From: an uncultured Ignavibacteriales bacterium
Lineage (GTDB): Bacteria > Zixibacteria > MSB-5A5 > GN15 > FEB-12
Length of the DNA: 64,000 nt
Assembly (NCBI GenBank): GCA_964540105.1
Contig: CAZILL010000002.1
Location: forward strand, 909,102-973,101
Direction: 5' to 3'
The notes below the pieces were generated by a model. It ran no database searches. It saw nothing but the letters and a program-made list of their open reading frames with translations, and was not told the origin of the DNA. The first letter of the stretch is position 1. Each line of letters starts with the position of its first letter. Both the position numbers and the translations under genes were made by a program. Shown piece by piece: positions 20,474-30,616 of the stretch.

Positions 20474-21372
20474 TGGAAAAGATTGTTCTGACCACCGACA
20501 TTACGGAGTACCCGCTTCTGCGCCGCGGCAAAGTGCGCGACATCTACGATCTCGGCGATTCGCTGCTCTTTATCGCCTCGGATCGCATCTCAGCTTTTGA
20601 CGTTGTTATGCCCAACGGCATTCCAGGAAAGGGGCGGGTCCTCACCCAGACCTCGCTCTTTTGGTTTGAGTTTCTTGCGGATACCGTCGATAATCACTTG
20701 CTGACCGCTGACGTAAACCGCTACCCTGAGCCGCTCCGCAAGTACCACGACATTCTTGACGGCCGCTCGATGATCGTTGCCAAGGCCGAGCGAATCGAGG
20801 CCGAATGTATCGTCCGGGGTTACATCTCAGGCTCCATGTGGAAAGAACTTCAGGAAGCTCGTCGCAAGGGATCACACACTGTCCATGGCTTCCCATTCCC
20901 ATCGGGATTGCGCGAATCCGAGAAACTCCACGAGCCGATTTTCACCCCGTCATCAAAAAACGACAACGGCCACGATGAAAACATCAGCTTCGAGACGCTC
21001 GTCGCACAGGTCGGCACGCAAACCGCTGAGCTTTGCCGTCAGAGATCGCTCGCGATCTACAAGAAGGCGGCCGATTACGCCCTCACGCGCGGTATCATCA
21101 TCGCCGACACAAAGCTCGAATTCGGCTTCAAAGATGGCCGCTTTCTGCTCATAGACGAAGTCCTCTCACCGGATTCCAGCCGCTTCTGGCCGGTCGACAC
21201 CTATCGTATCGGTGGCAGCCAACCTTCATTCGACAAACAGCCGATACGCGACTATCTCGAGAGCATCAAATGGAACAAGAAACCGCCCGCGCCAACACTT
21301 CCGGACGACGTCGTCAAAGCGTCGGCCGCGCGGTACCGAGAAGCCCAGCGACTACTCACGGGGACAGTATAA
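20473..21372 (+). CDS. purC: SAICAR synthase
   Basis: RGKVRDIY, SDRISAFD, ECIVRGY, IADTKLEFG, DEVLSPDSSRFW, FDKQ. Confidence 0.96.
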   Translation: MEKIVLTTDITEYPLLRRGKVRDIYDLGDSLLFIASDRISAFDVVMPNGIPGKGRVLTQTSLFWFEFLADTVDNHLLTADVNRYPEPLRKYHDILDGRSMIVAKAERIEAECIVRGYISGSMWKELQEARRKGSHTVHGFPFPSGLRESEKLHEPIFTPSSKNDNGHDENISFETLVAQVGTQTAELCRQRSLAIYKKAADYALTRGIIIADTKLEFGFKDGRFLLIDEVLSPDSSRFWPVDTYRIGGSQPSFDKQPIRDYLESIKWNKKPPAPTLPDDVVKASAARYREAQRLLTGTV

Positions 21373-21374
21373 CC

Positions 21375-22946
21375 ATGACCGAGCAAGTAATCATAAAGCG
21401 CGCCCTCATCTCTGTTTCCGACAAAGAGGGACTCATTCCCTTCTGCCGCGAGCTGAGCGGTCTGGGTATTGAGATCATTTCTACCGGCGGCACGATGCGA
21501 ACCCTCCGCGACGCCGGTATTCAGGTTGTCTCCGTGTCGACCTTCACCGGTTCACCGGAGATTCTCGATGGCCGCGTCAAGACCCTTCACCCGAAGATTC
21601 ATGCCGGAATTCTCTATCGCCGCGATTACCCTGGCGACGTCGAGCAGATGACCCAATCCGACTATCGCGGCATTGATCTTGTCGTCGTCAATCTCTATCC
21701 CTTCCGTGAGACCGTTGCCAAAGCCGGCGCTACTCACGAGGAGATTGTCGAGAACATTGATATTGGCGGTCCCTCGATGATTCGCGCCGCCTCCAAGAAC
21801 TACGAGAGCGTTACGATCCTGGTCGATCCCTCAGATTACGCCCCGCTCATCGACCTACTGAAAACCAACAAAGGTTCAACCGCCCTCGCTTTCCGACTCT
21901 CCTGCGCTGCTCGTGCGTTTGCCCTGACATCCGCGTACGACACCGCCATCGCGGGCTACTTCTCCCGAGTCACCGGTGCGGAGATTAATCAATTCCCGCC
22001 GAATCTTCAGCTTGACTATACCCGACAGGCCGAACTTCGATACGGCGAAAACCCCCACCAGAAGGCCGCGCTCTATGCCAGTCCGGATTATCAGTCACCT
22101 ACTTTGGTCCGCGCAGAGATTCTGTCGGGAAAGGAACTTTCGTACAACAATTACGGTGATCTTGACTCCTGTCTGGACATGCTTCTTGACTTCGATGAGC
22201 CATTCGCCTGTGTGGTCAAACATGCCAACCCGTGCGGGGCGGCCACGGGCATGAGCATTGCCGAAGCCTACCGCGCCGCCTACGAGAGCGATCCGCTCTC
22301 CGCGTACGGCTCGATCATCGGGCTCAATAGAGAAGTCGATATCGACTGTGCCCACATCTTGCACGATACCCCGTTTGTTGAATGCATTCTTGCCCCGCGG
22401 TACACGGCCGAGGCGCTCAGTCTCTTGCGTACGAAGAAAACGCGTCGTCTCCTGTCGCTTCCGGAAATGCTGGGGGGGCGTCGCCACGGACAGGTGATCC
22501 ATCGTCCGATTCTCGGGGGTCTGCTTGTGCAAACAGCCGACGAAGCCGAAACCAACGAGTCTTCCCTTCGTATTGTTACCCGGCGGGCTCCGACCGCAGA
22601 AGAAATCTCCTCGCTTCTTTTCGCCTGGAAGATCGTCAAGCACACCAAGTCCAATGCCATCGTGCTTGCCAGGAAATTCGCCACGGTTGGTATCGGCATG
22701 GGTCAGACCTCGCGTGTCGATTCCAGCTATATTGCGATTAAGAGGGCCGGGGAGAAAGCCAAAGGGGCCGTCCTCGCTTCCGACGCTTTCTTTCCTATGG
22801 CCGACGGACTTGAGATCGCCGCTCAAGCCGGTGTGACTGCGGTCATCCAGCCCGGCGGATCGAAAGGGGACCCGGAAGTCATTGCCGCCGCTGACAAAGC
22901 CCAGATCGCCATGGTTTTCACCGATATCCGCCACTTCAGGCATTAG
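21375..22946 (+). CDS. purH: Bifunctional IMP cyclohydrolase / AICAR transformylase
   Basis: [55 protein letters not shown], terminal RHFRH. Confidence 0.97.
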   Translation: MTEQVIIKRALISVSDKEGLIPFCRELSGLGIEIISTGGTMRTLRDAGIQVVSVSTFTGSPEILDGRVKTLHPKIHAGILYRRDYPGDVEQMTQSDYRGIDLVVVNLYPFRETVAKAGATHEEIVENIDIGGPSMIRAASKNYESVTILVDPSDYAPLIDLLKTNKGSTALAFRLSCAARAFALTSAYDTAIAGYFSRVTGAEINQFPPNLQLDYTRQAELRYGENPHQKAALYASPDYQSPTLVRAEILSGKELSYNNYGDLDSCLDMLLDFDEPFACVVKHANPCGAATGMSIAEAYRAAYESDPLSAYGSIIGLNREVDIDCAHILHDTPFVECILAPRYTAEALSLLRTKKTRRLLSLPEMLGGRRHGQVIHRPILGGLLVQTADEAETNESSLRIVTRRAPTAEEISSLLFAWKIVKHTKSNAIVLARKFATVGIGMGQTSRVDSSYIAIKRAGEKAKGAVLASDAFFPMADGLEIAAQAGVTAVIQPGGSKGDPEVIAAADKAQIAMVFTDIRHFRH

Positions 22947-23092
22947 CGCCGGGCCAAGATGACGCAATCTAACAGTGGCGTCGGCCGGGTCCATTAACTA
23001 TACTGTAATGTGCTGTGGATTGTATCGGCTTCTGATCTGACCTGTTCCACGCATATGCTTGGCTGCTCAACTTGCTGACGGAAGAAGAAAGC

Positions 23093-24181
23093 ATGAACGT
23101 GATCAAATACATGCAGATTCCATTCAAATCTCGATTGCTGTTTCGCTTCGCGGCACTGATCGTGCCTGTCATCTTGATCCTCACAGCCGCAGTGTATCCC
23201 TTTCCGCGATTGTCTGTAGAACACGGAGAGGCCTGCACGAATTGTCACATCAACCCCAACGGGGGCGGAGCGCGTACCGAATACGCCAACTTTTCGGTTG
23301 GGTTCAATGAACTCTGCCTTCCACAGACAAAGAAGCTTGTCGCCTCACACTATAAGAAGCCACGCATAGGGGAGAGTCTGGTTATTGGCTTCGACACTCG
23401 CCATCTGTTACTGGATAACGGCTCTGTCTTTCGCATGCAGACCGACGCCTTCGTTACCGTACAGCCACTAAAGAGTCTATTCTATCACCTGCGTTTTGGC
23501 GCGACGTCAGGTATCACGGAGAACTATGCCCTGCTCTATTTCCATGACCAGAGATATTACGTCAAGGCCGGACACTTCTACCCGGCGTTCGGCTTACGCA
23601 ACGAAGATCATACTGCTTTCAACCGTACGGCGACCGGAAACACCCCGTCCTTGTATCTCGATGGCGTTTCGCTTGGCGCTGAAGTCTCTGGCTTCAATAT
23701 CGCCGCTGAGCTGTTCGACCAGTTGGGCCAGGGTATCTACGGTTTGCACATATATAGAGCGGGCGCACTTGGCCAGATTGGCTACATGGCTGGTGCTTCG
23801 CTGAGATATTCAGAAAGAGTGGATGGCTCCTATCTCTCGTTGCCCCATGCCAAGGCTCTTTTTGGGGGGCTTTCGTACAACAGATTCACCGCCACCGGCG
23901 AATTCGATCTCGTCGAAAGCGATAACCGTCGGGTCGCCGCCTACGCCAATCTTACTACTCGGCTTGAGTACGGCTGTTATCTGGTCGCCGAGTACAACTT
24001 CCATAACCTCGATCGACGTCTCTCCGGTAACACCGGCGAGTTTGCGCGCTTCTCGCTTGAACTCTATCCGCTCCCGTTTGTCCAGGTTCGACCTTCGTAC
24101 ACTGTCTATTCTGAGCCGACAGACAACACAGTCAATGGCAAGAAAAATCAGTTCTTTCTGCAGGTACATTTTGGCTATTGA
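23093..24181 (+). CDS. Exported protein with an N-terminal CxxCH heme motif and a probable porin-like beta-barrel
   Basis: Signal peptide, ACTNCHINPNGGGART, amphipathic beta strands, terminal FFLQVHFGY beta-signal. The start may instead be 23111. Confidence 0.7.
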   Translation: MNVIKYMQIPFKSRLLFRFAALIVPVILILTAAVYPFPRLSVEHGEACTNCHINPNGGGARTEYANFSVGFNELCLPQTKKLVASHYKKPRIGESLVIGFDTRHLLLDNGSVFRMQTDAFVTVQPLKSLFYHLRFGATSGITENYALLYFHDQRYYVKAGHFYPAFGLRNEDHTAFNRTATGNTPSLYLDGVSLGAEVSGFNIAAELFDQLGQGIYGLHIYRAGALGQIGYMAGASLRYSERVDGSYLSLPHAKALFGGLSYNRFTATGEFDLVESDNRRVAAYANLTTRLEYGCYLVAEYNFHNLDRRLSGNTGEFARFSLELYPLPFVQVRPSYTVYSEPTDNTVNGKKNQFFLQVHFGY

Positions 24182-24227
24182 TGCCGTAACGCTCTGCGGA
24201 ATCGCGATATCATAGAGAGGTGAAATC

Positions 24228-25919
24228 ATGAAACGCACAATGCCCTTGCTCTTAGCCATAGCGGCTTCGTTCTTGTCGCTCTTCCTGGGTTGCTCAACCT
24301 CGCCGAATTCGGGCAACAGTATTACCACTGACCCGACCCTTGACATTAAACTCCCGATGCAGGTGCTCAAGGGGCAGGCGGCCTCATTTGAAGTGGGCCT
24401 GTCGACGACAAACTCCGTTGATGTTACCTTCCACTATGAGACAGCCGACGGGACGGCCAAGGCTGACACGCACTACGTTCGTACCGCCGGCAACGCGACT
24501 ATACCGCGCGGAAGTTCCAAAGTGACAATTACCGTCCCAACCATCGCCTCCGCTATCAATGCACATGGTAAGTCCTTCCAGCTCGTCATAAGCTCCCCCA
24601 AGAACGCCAAGCTCGGCTTCGCCACAAGGGGTTGTCTCATCTATGAGAATGTTGAATTGATCGCCCGCGACACGATCGCTGTTAATGGTGACACAGCTTC
24701 CATCGTCATTGAGCTGAACATCATTCACAGAGATTCCGATGTCGTGTTCAACTATGCGACTGTCGACAGCAGCGCCGTCGCGGGAACCGATTATGATGCG
24801 GTCAGCGGCGTAGATACTATTGCCAAGGGCAGCCTCAGAGCCACTATTCGAATCCCCACCAGGGAGACGCTACAGGCCGGCAAGGCTTTTAAGCTGGTTA
24901 TCAGCGCGGCCGATGGGGCAGCCATCGTCCGAAGTTCTGCCTCATGCCGGCTGACCGAGATTCCGACTATCACCGTGACCGATGCTTCGGCGGTACCAGC
25001 CGGGGATACCGCCCAGTTTACGATTTCACTTAACAAGCATCGCGCGACGGCGATAGTCTTTCACTACACCACCGCGGATAGCATCGCCCATTCAGGCGTT
25101 GACTATGAGGCAACGGCAGGCGTCGACACGATCCCGCCTGGAAGTACCGGGACTGTGATCTACGTGCCGACCAGGCTCGACGCGCAACCGGGAACGAACT
25201 CCGTGTTCAATCTCGTCATTTCCGGGGTTGAGCGAGCCAGTGTTGTGCGTCCATCCGGTCTCTGTCGTATTGCTCCCCTGCCGAACCTTTCCGTCGCGGA
25301 CACCGCTATTGTCCAGGGAGCATATGCGCTGTTCGTTGTCTCTCTGGACGAGCCACCGCTTGCAGCAGTTACTTTCCGCTACACGACCGCTGACAGCAGT
25401 GCCCTGTCCGACATCGACTACTTTCCCGCTGACAACGACGCCCAAATCGCCGCTGGTGCGCTCAGTGTTGTCCTGCCGATCCTGACCAAGGTCGACGCTC
25501 CCTATGCCGCCAACAAAGTCTTCAAGCTTTTGATCAGCGCCCCGACTCACGCCAGGATTAATCGCGCTGCCGCGGTCTGCCGTATTGATCAGGCTGGAGC
25601 TACCGCCTCGTTCCTGAACGATGTTCGACCCATTCTGCTGACCGCGAATTGTGCTCGAAATGGATGTCATGGTGGCGGTTCAAGTAGCGGCGGGCTTAAT
25701 CTCGGCTCTTTGACATATAATGGCGTTCGATTCGCGAACGGTACCAATAGTTCGTTCGTCGTCCCCAACAGCGCCGAAACCAGCCGCCTCTACCGGATAC
25801 TCACTGAACGCCGTATATCTCCTAACAGCATTCGTATGCCCAAGGACGAACCCGCTCTGTCAGCGTCCGACCAGCAGAAGATCCGCAATTGGATCGATCA
25901 GGGGGCGAAGGACAATTGA
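24228..25919 (+). CDS. Lipoprotein with four Calx-beta repeats and a C-terminal cytochrome c (planctomycete-type) domain
   Basis: Lipobox LFLG-C; four Y.T(A/V)D..A...(D/H)Y repeats; SFLNDVRPIL..NCARNGCH...GGLNL...RMP......IRNWIDQGAKDN. Confidence 0.78.
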   Translation: MKRTMPLLLAIAASFLSLFLGCSTSPNSGNSITTDPTLDIKLPMQVLKGQAASFEVGLSTTNSVDVTFHYETADGTAKADTHYVRTAGNATIPRGSSKVTITVPTIASAINAHGKSFQLVISSPKNAKLGFATRGCLIYENVELIARDTIAVNGDTASIVIELNIIHRDSDVVFNYATVDSSAVAGTDYDAVSGVDTIAKGSLRATIRIPTRETLQAGKAFKLVISAADGAAIVRSSASCRLTEIPTITVTDASAVPAGDTAQFTISLNKHRATAIVFHYTTADSIAHSGVDYEATAGVDTIPPGSTGTVIYVPTRLDAQPGTNSVFNLVISGVERASVVRPSGLCRIAPLPNLSVADTAIVQGAYALFVVSLDEPPLAAVTFRYTTADSSALSDIDYFPADNDAQIAAGALSVVLPILTKVDAPYAANKVFKLLISAPTHARINRAAAVCRIDQAGATASFLNDVRPILLTANCARNGCHGGGSSSGGLNLGSLTYNGVRFANGTNSSFVVPNSAETSRLYRILTERRISPNSIRMPKDEPALSASDQQKIRNWIDQGAKDN

Positions 25920-26566
25920 TCTCCGTTCGAGTCCGCCGCTTCGTGTGTAGCATCTTCGTGTTGTGCTCTGTGTCGACCGGTGCGGCAGCGAGCTTCGAAG
26001 TTAAGGGGAACGTATCATCTGACACGGTCTCCTTCCGCTCCACGGCTAAACTTGAATTTATCGAGGGGAAGACCTGCGCGATCGACGGCTCTTTCAGTTT
26101 TGACCCTTCCAATGCCGGGACACCCGATTCAGGGATACTCCGTGTCGACTTGCGTGCACTGAAAACAGGAATAGAGATGCGTGATGAGCACATGCGTGAG
26201 CGTCATCTGCACACTGAAACCTATCCGTACGCTTATTTCAGGCTCTCGGGAGTCTCCGAGCTTCCTTCGATCATCAAGCCCGACACTACCTATACTGCCC
26301 GAGCGTCAGGGGAGTTCTACATCCATGGCCACAAGCGAGCGGTTACGCCGTCACTTGAAATCAGTTTGCATAACATTGAGCACGATCTTCAACGTCTGGT
26401 CGTGCGTGCAAGATTTTCCCTCAACCTCGACAGCTTCAAGATTGAGCGACCAAAAGCCCTCTTTCTCAAACTCGCCGAGACCATCGATGTCGAAGTTATT
26501 TTTGCGAGTGTCAACGAGTTAACTCGCCCGAGATTCGAACTCCCAGATTGGCCCTCCCTTCCGTAG
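25916..26566 (+). CDS. YceI family lipid/isoprenoid-binding protein
   Basis: Signal peptide; VDLRALKTGIEMRDEHM, YP.A.F, GEFYIHG motifs; TTG start overlaps the upstream stop. Confidence 0.85.
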   Translation: MISVRVRRFVCSIFVLCSVSTGAAASFEVKGNVSSDTVSFRSTAKLEFIEGKTCAIDGSFSFDPSNAGTPDSGILRVDLRALKTGIEMRDEHMRERHLHTETYPYAYFRLSGVSELPSIIKPDTTYTARASGEFYIHGHKRAVTPSLEISLHNIEHDLQRLVVRARFSLNLDSFKIERPKALFLKLAETIDVEVIFASVNELTRPRFELPDWPSLP

Positions 26567-26592
26567 TTTTCTGCGCTTCCCCCGATTCAAGC

Positions 26593-26621
26593 TTGACCGT
26601 CCCAACTGCTCGTCTTATCTT
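26593..26621 (+). promoter_or_regulatory. Sigma70-type promoter TTGACC-N17-TATCTT
   Basis: Heads the smg-coaBC-udg-dnaB run. Confidence 0.5.
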
Positions 26622-26651
26622 ATCTGCTGGAGAACACGAGAAGGGTTATCT

Positions 26652-27125
26652 ATGGGCAACCGCATACTTGAAATAGTCGTTTATCTGATGGATCACATGC
26701 GGGAAAACCACGGGCGTTTGCCGGGCGTCGATGATCTTTCTCCTGACTTGCGCAATCTTGGCTATTCCGACAGCGAAATTTCCTCGGCCTATTCGTGGGT
26801 CATGGATCGCTACGAAAGCTCCCACGAGACCTACTACTCCAGCTTCCCCAAACAGCATTCCTCAAATCGTATTCTTACCGGTTTCGAACGAAGTCTCTTT
26901 TCGACCGAGGCATATGGGTTTCTCGTCCGGCTCATGAATCTCGATCTGATTGACGACGAGCAGCTCGAATCTGTCATCGAAAGGGGCGGCGTATTCGGTC
27001 CCCGCCTGGTGACGGTGGATCAGGTCAAAGTGATTGCGTCGGCTGTAGTCTTCGGCGAATTTGGTGAGCTCAACGGGTTTTCACTGTTCGACTCACAAAT
27101 CGACCCGTCCTTGAAGATTAACTGA
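26652..27125 (+). CDS. smg: Smg / DUF494 family protein
   Basis: RILEIVVYL, L...GYSDSEISSAYSW, RILT..E, EAYGFL..L..L.LI...QLE.VIER. Confidence 0.75.
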   Translation: MGNRILEIVVYLMDHMRENHGRLPGVDDLSPDLRNLGYSDSEISSAYSWVMDRYESSHETYYSSFPKQHSSNRILTGFERSLFSTEAYGFLVRLMNLDLIDDEQLESVIERGGVFGPRLVTVDQVKVIASAVVFGEFGELNGFSLFDSQIDPSLKIN

Positions 27126-27127
27126 GT

Positions 27128-28366
27128 ATGTCACATCACGAGCGCAAAATCGTAGTCGGTCTGACCGGCGGCATCGCCTGCTATAAGATTCCGAGCTTGG
27201 TTCGACTCCTGCGCAAGAGCGAGATCGAGGTTCAGGTCATAATGACCGACGCCGCAACTAAGTTCATCACCCCGCTCACTCTTGAAACCGTCTCGAACAA
27301 TCCTGTCCTGACTGAACTGTTTCCGTCCCGTCAATATGTTGCCACTCGCCATATCGATATCGCCGAGTGGCCGGATCTCTTTGTTGTCGCACCCGCGACC
27401 GCCAATTTCCTGGGCAAGATCGCCAACGGCATTTCCGATGATCTGCTGACGACTACCATCTGTGCCACGGCGCGGCCGGTGCTGATTGCCCCAGCGATGA
27501 ACCCCCAAATGTGGCGCAATCCGATCTCTCAGCGCAACTACCGCACTCTCATCGAGTTTGGATATCGTTTCGTCGAGCCGACGGAAGGGGAGATGGCCTG
27601 TGATCACTTTGGAGTCGGTCGCATGCCGGAACCGGAACAACTATTCTCCGCCGTCACAGCGCTCCTGGAGTCGGCGGCAAAAAAAAAAGAGCTGACCGGT
27701 AAGCAGATTCTGATCACTGCCGGTCCATGCCGGGAACCACTCGATCCTGTCCGTTTCATTTCAAATCGGTCGTCGGGCAAGATGGGTTACGCCCTCGCTC
27801 AGGCTGCGCTTGATCTGGGGGCAGATACGACACTGATCTCGGGACCCACGTCATTGCGGCCGCCAACCGGCGTAAAGTTCATCTCAGTCGAGACTACCCA
27901 GCAGATGTTCGCCGCTGTGAACGAGCACGTACCACACACCGACTGCCTGATTATGTCTGCTGCTCCCGCTGACTTCACGTCCAAAGAGCCGTACTTGCAC
28001 AAGATCAAGCGTGCCGACGGTCCGCTCACTCTCACGCTTCAGCCTGCGATCGACATCCTCAAGGAAGTAGGTCGAACAAAGCGACCGGGGCAACTCTTTA
28101 TCGGATTTGCGCTCGAGACCGACAACGGCGTCGAATATGCCCGAAAGAAGCTCATCGCGAAGAACCTCGACCTGATTGTACTCAACGACCCTAACGAGGC
28201 CGGCGCTGGTTTCGAGTATGACACGAACCGGGTGACCATCCTCACGGCTGACAACCCGCCTGAACAATGGCCGCTTCTTTCAAAGCGGGAACTCTCCTTC
28301 CGACTTCTTGCGCGGATGACGTCGCTGTGGTCGTCGCTGCAACCGGCATCTGGCACGCGATCATGA
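27128..28366 (+). CDS. coaBC: Bifunctional phosphopantothenoylcysteine decarboxylase/synthase
   Basis: GLTGGIACYK, APATANF, APAMN..MW, G.GRMPEP, ITAGPCRE.LDPVRFISNRSSGKMG, GFALET. Confidence 0.96.
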   Translation: MSHHERKIVVGLTGGIACYKIPSLVRLLRKSEIEVQVIMTDAATKFITPLTLETVSNNPVLTELFPSRQYVATRHIDIAEWPDLFVVAPATANFLGKIANGISDDLLTTTICATARPVLIAPAMNPQMWRNPISQRNYRTLIEFGYRFVEPTEGEMACDHFGVGRMPEPEQLFSAVTALLESAAKKKELTGKQILITAGPCREPLDPVRFISNRSSGKMGYALAQAALDLGADTTLISGPTSLRPPTGVKFISVETTQQMFAAVNEHVPHTDCLIMSAAPADFTSKEPYLHKIKRADGPLTLTLQPAIDILKEVGRTKRPGQLFIGFALETDNGVEYARKKLIAKNLDLIVLNDPNEAGAGFEYDTNRVTILTADNPPEQWPLLSKRELSFRLLARMTSLWSSLQPASGTRS

Positions 28367-29148
28367 CCGACAAACCAACCACACCGCGAGAGCTGTTAAT
28401 TCGCGCCCTCAAGTCCCAGGTTGATATGGGGATGAATGAAGTCGTGATCAGGAAAGCACGCCTCGCGGCGCGGACCTCGCACGATCCGGTTTCAGCTGCC
28501 GAACGTATTCTTCCGGTCGTGGAAGCCTTCGGTTCACAGTTGAGTACAGGTGATCACGAGGTCAGCGTTCTGACGGCTGCTTCCGGCCTCTCTTTCGATT
28601 CACTCGAATCGCACCACGCTGCGATCTGCGAATGTCAACTTTGCCCCCTCGGCCAGACTCGACACAAGTTTGTCTACGGAGTCGGCAATCCCTCCGCCCG
28701 ATTGCTCTTTGTTGGCGAGGCCCCCGGGCAGGAGGAGGACCTACAGGGAGAGCCATTCGTGGGACGCGCCGGTCAGCTGCTCGACCGCATTCTGGCTGCT
28801 ATCCAACTCTCTCGAAGAGACATCTACATCGCCAATATCCTGAAGTGCCGACCGCCGGGTAATCGCGACCCCCTACCTGATGAAGTTTCGAAATGCATTC
28901 CTTATCTGCGGGAACAGATCCGCATCATCAAACCGAAGCTCCTCTGCGCGCTCGGAAGAATAGCTGCCCAGAATTTGCTTGCCACCACCACTCCACTGGG
29001 AAAACTGCGTGGCAAGTGGCATGAATTCGAAGGCATCCCGCTGCTTGTGACCTACCATCCCGCCGCTCTTCTTCGGTTCCCTGAATACAAGAAGGAAACC
29101 TGGGTGGATATGCAAACGCTCAAGGCTCGCTACGACAGCGAGGGATAG
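28363..29148 (+). CDS. Uracil-DNA glycosylase family 4
   Basis: CQLC Fe-S ligands, [34 protein letters not shown]. Confidence 0.93.
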   Translation: MTDKPTTPRELLIRALKSQVDMGMNEVVIRKARLAARTSHDPVSAAERILPVVEAFGSQLSTGDHEVSVLTAASGLSFDSLESHHAAICECQLCPLGQTRHKFVYGVGNPSARLLFVGEAPGQEEDLQGEPFVGRAGQLLDRILAAIQLSRRDIYIANILKCRPPGNRDPLPDEVSKCIPYLREQIRIIKPKLLCALGRIAAQNLLATTTPLGKLRGKWHEFEGIPLLVTYHPAALLRFPEYKKETWVDMQTLKARYDSEG

Positions 29149-29164
29149 ATTCTGGAAACAGCTG

Positions 29165-30598
29165 ATGGCATACCGAGCGCAAACGCAAAAGGAGTCCGAC
29201 CACCTGCAGCCGCCGCAGTCGCTCGACGCGGAACAGGCGTTGCTTGGATCCATCCTGAAAGACCCCGATGCCTTCAACCAGGCCATCGAGACCATTGAAA
29301 ACGAATCCCATTTCTACTTCCCGAAGCACCAGATCATCTATCGTGCTGCGCTGAATCTCTACAATCGCTCCGAACCATCCGATATCACCACCGTCGCCAA
29401 CGCACTTCTAAACGAGGGCTCTCTCGAGAAGATCGGCGGACGCGTCTATCTGGTCGATCTGGTAGAATCGGTTGCTTCCACCGCGAACGTTGAAGCGTAC
29501 GCTGCGATCGTGCTCGAAAAGTCGATCCTGCGCCGACTGATCTCGACGTCCACCGAGATCGCCCGCAGTTGCTACTCCCAGGAGCAACCGGTCGACAGTC
29601 TGCTCGACAGTGCGGAAGCGAACATCTTCGACATTTCCGAGAGTCGTCTGCGCCAGGGATTCGTCCCGCTCAAGCAGCTCATCGCCGATTCCTTTGTGCA
29701 GATTGAGTCGTTCCAGTCCGGTGAAGGAGAGCCCGAGGGAATCATGACCGGCTTCACCGACCTTGACGTGATGACTCAGGGGCTCCACAACGGCGACTTC
29801 ATTGTGATCGCTGGCCGCCCGTCGATGGGAAAGTCCGCGCTCGCGGTCAACATCGCTGAACATGTCGCGGTCAATCTGAAGAAACCTGTGGCAATCTTCT
29901 CCATCGAAATGTCAAAAGAACAACTCGCCCTGCGCTTGCTCTGCGGACGATCCAAAATCAACCAGCACCGACTCCGCTCAGGCAAGCTCGATCACGAGGA
30001 GTGGAATCGGCTCACTCGCGCCGGAGGCGTTCTGTCCGTGGCCGATATTTTCATCGACGACTCCGCCACCCTGACCTCACTCGAAATGCGGGCCAAGGCG
30101 CGGCGACTCAAAGCTCAGCATGATGTCGGTCTTATCATCGTCGACTACATTCAGATGATGCACGCTTCCGGTCGCGTCGAGAATCGCCAGCAGGAAATCT
30201 CGATCATTTCAAGAAACATGAAAGTGCTCGCCAAAGAACTCAACCTGCCCGTCATAGCCTGTTCGCAGCTCTCGCGGCTCGTTGAGCTGCGGGGGGGTGA
30301 AAAACGCCCCCAGTTGGCCGATCTTCGCGAATCCGGGGCTATCGAACAGGACGCCGATGTGGTCATGCTGGTCTATCGTCCTGAGTTTTATCTCTCCGAC
30401 GACGAACGGAAAGATCCCAAGAACCAGGACAAAGTCGGAACTGCCAAGATCATCATCGCCAAGCAACGTAACGGCCCCACTGGCGACGTTCACTTGACAT
30501 TCAAACGGGAAATCGCGCGTTTTGAAAATACGGCGGCGCGGTATCGCGAAGTCCCACATGACGTCACCCCCGCCACAGGCCCCGAGACCCCGTTCTAA
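29165..30598 (+). CDS. dnaB: Replicative DNA helicase
   Basis: PPQSLDAEQALLG, AGRPSMGKS, IVDYIQMM, SQLSR, DLRESGAIEQDAD, AKQRNGPTG; no intein evident. Confidence 0.97.
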   Translation: MAYRAQTQKESDHLQPPQSLDAEQALLGSILKDPDAFNQAIETIENESHFYFPKHQIIYRAALNLYNRSEPSDITTVANALLNEGSLEKIGGRVYLVDLVESVASTANVEAYAAIVLEKSILRRLISTSTEIARSCYSQEQPVDSLLDSAEANIFDISESRLRQGFVPLKQLIADSFVQIESFQSGEGEPEGIMTGFTDLDVMTQGLHNGDFIVIAGRPSMGKSALAVNIAEHVAVNLKKPVAIFSIEMSKEQLALRLLCGRSKINQHRLRSGKLDHEEWNRLTRAGGVLSVADIFIDDSATLTSLEMRAKARRLKAQHDVGLIIVDYIQMMHASGRVENRQQEISIISRNMKVLAKELNLPVIACSQLSRLVELRGGEKRPQLADLRESGAIEQDADVVMLVYRPEFYLSDDERKDPKNQDKVGTAKIIIAKQRNGPTGDVHLTFKREIARFENTAARYREVPHDVTPATGPETPF

Positions 30599-30616
30599 CG
30601 AGTGGCGTAGGATCAC

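Noticed and set aside
21033-21374. Apparent 114-aa N-terminal extension of PurH
   Set aside because: It overlaps purC in another frame; the conserved PurH start is ATG 21375.
23093-23106. FNR-like ATGAA-CGTG-ATCAA at the start of the cytochrome cluster
   Set aside because: Only an 8/10 match, overlaps a candidate start codon, and has no clear promoter at the expected distance.
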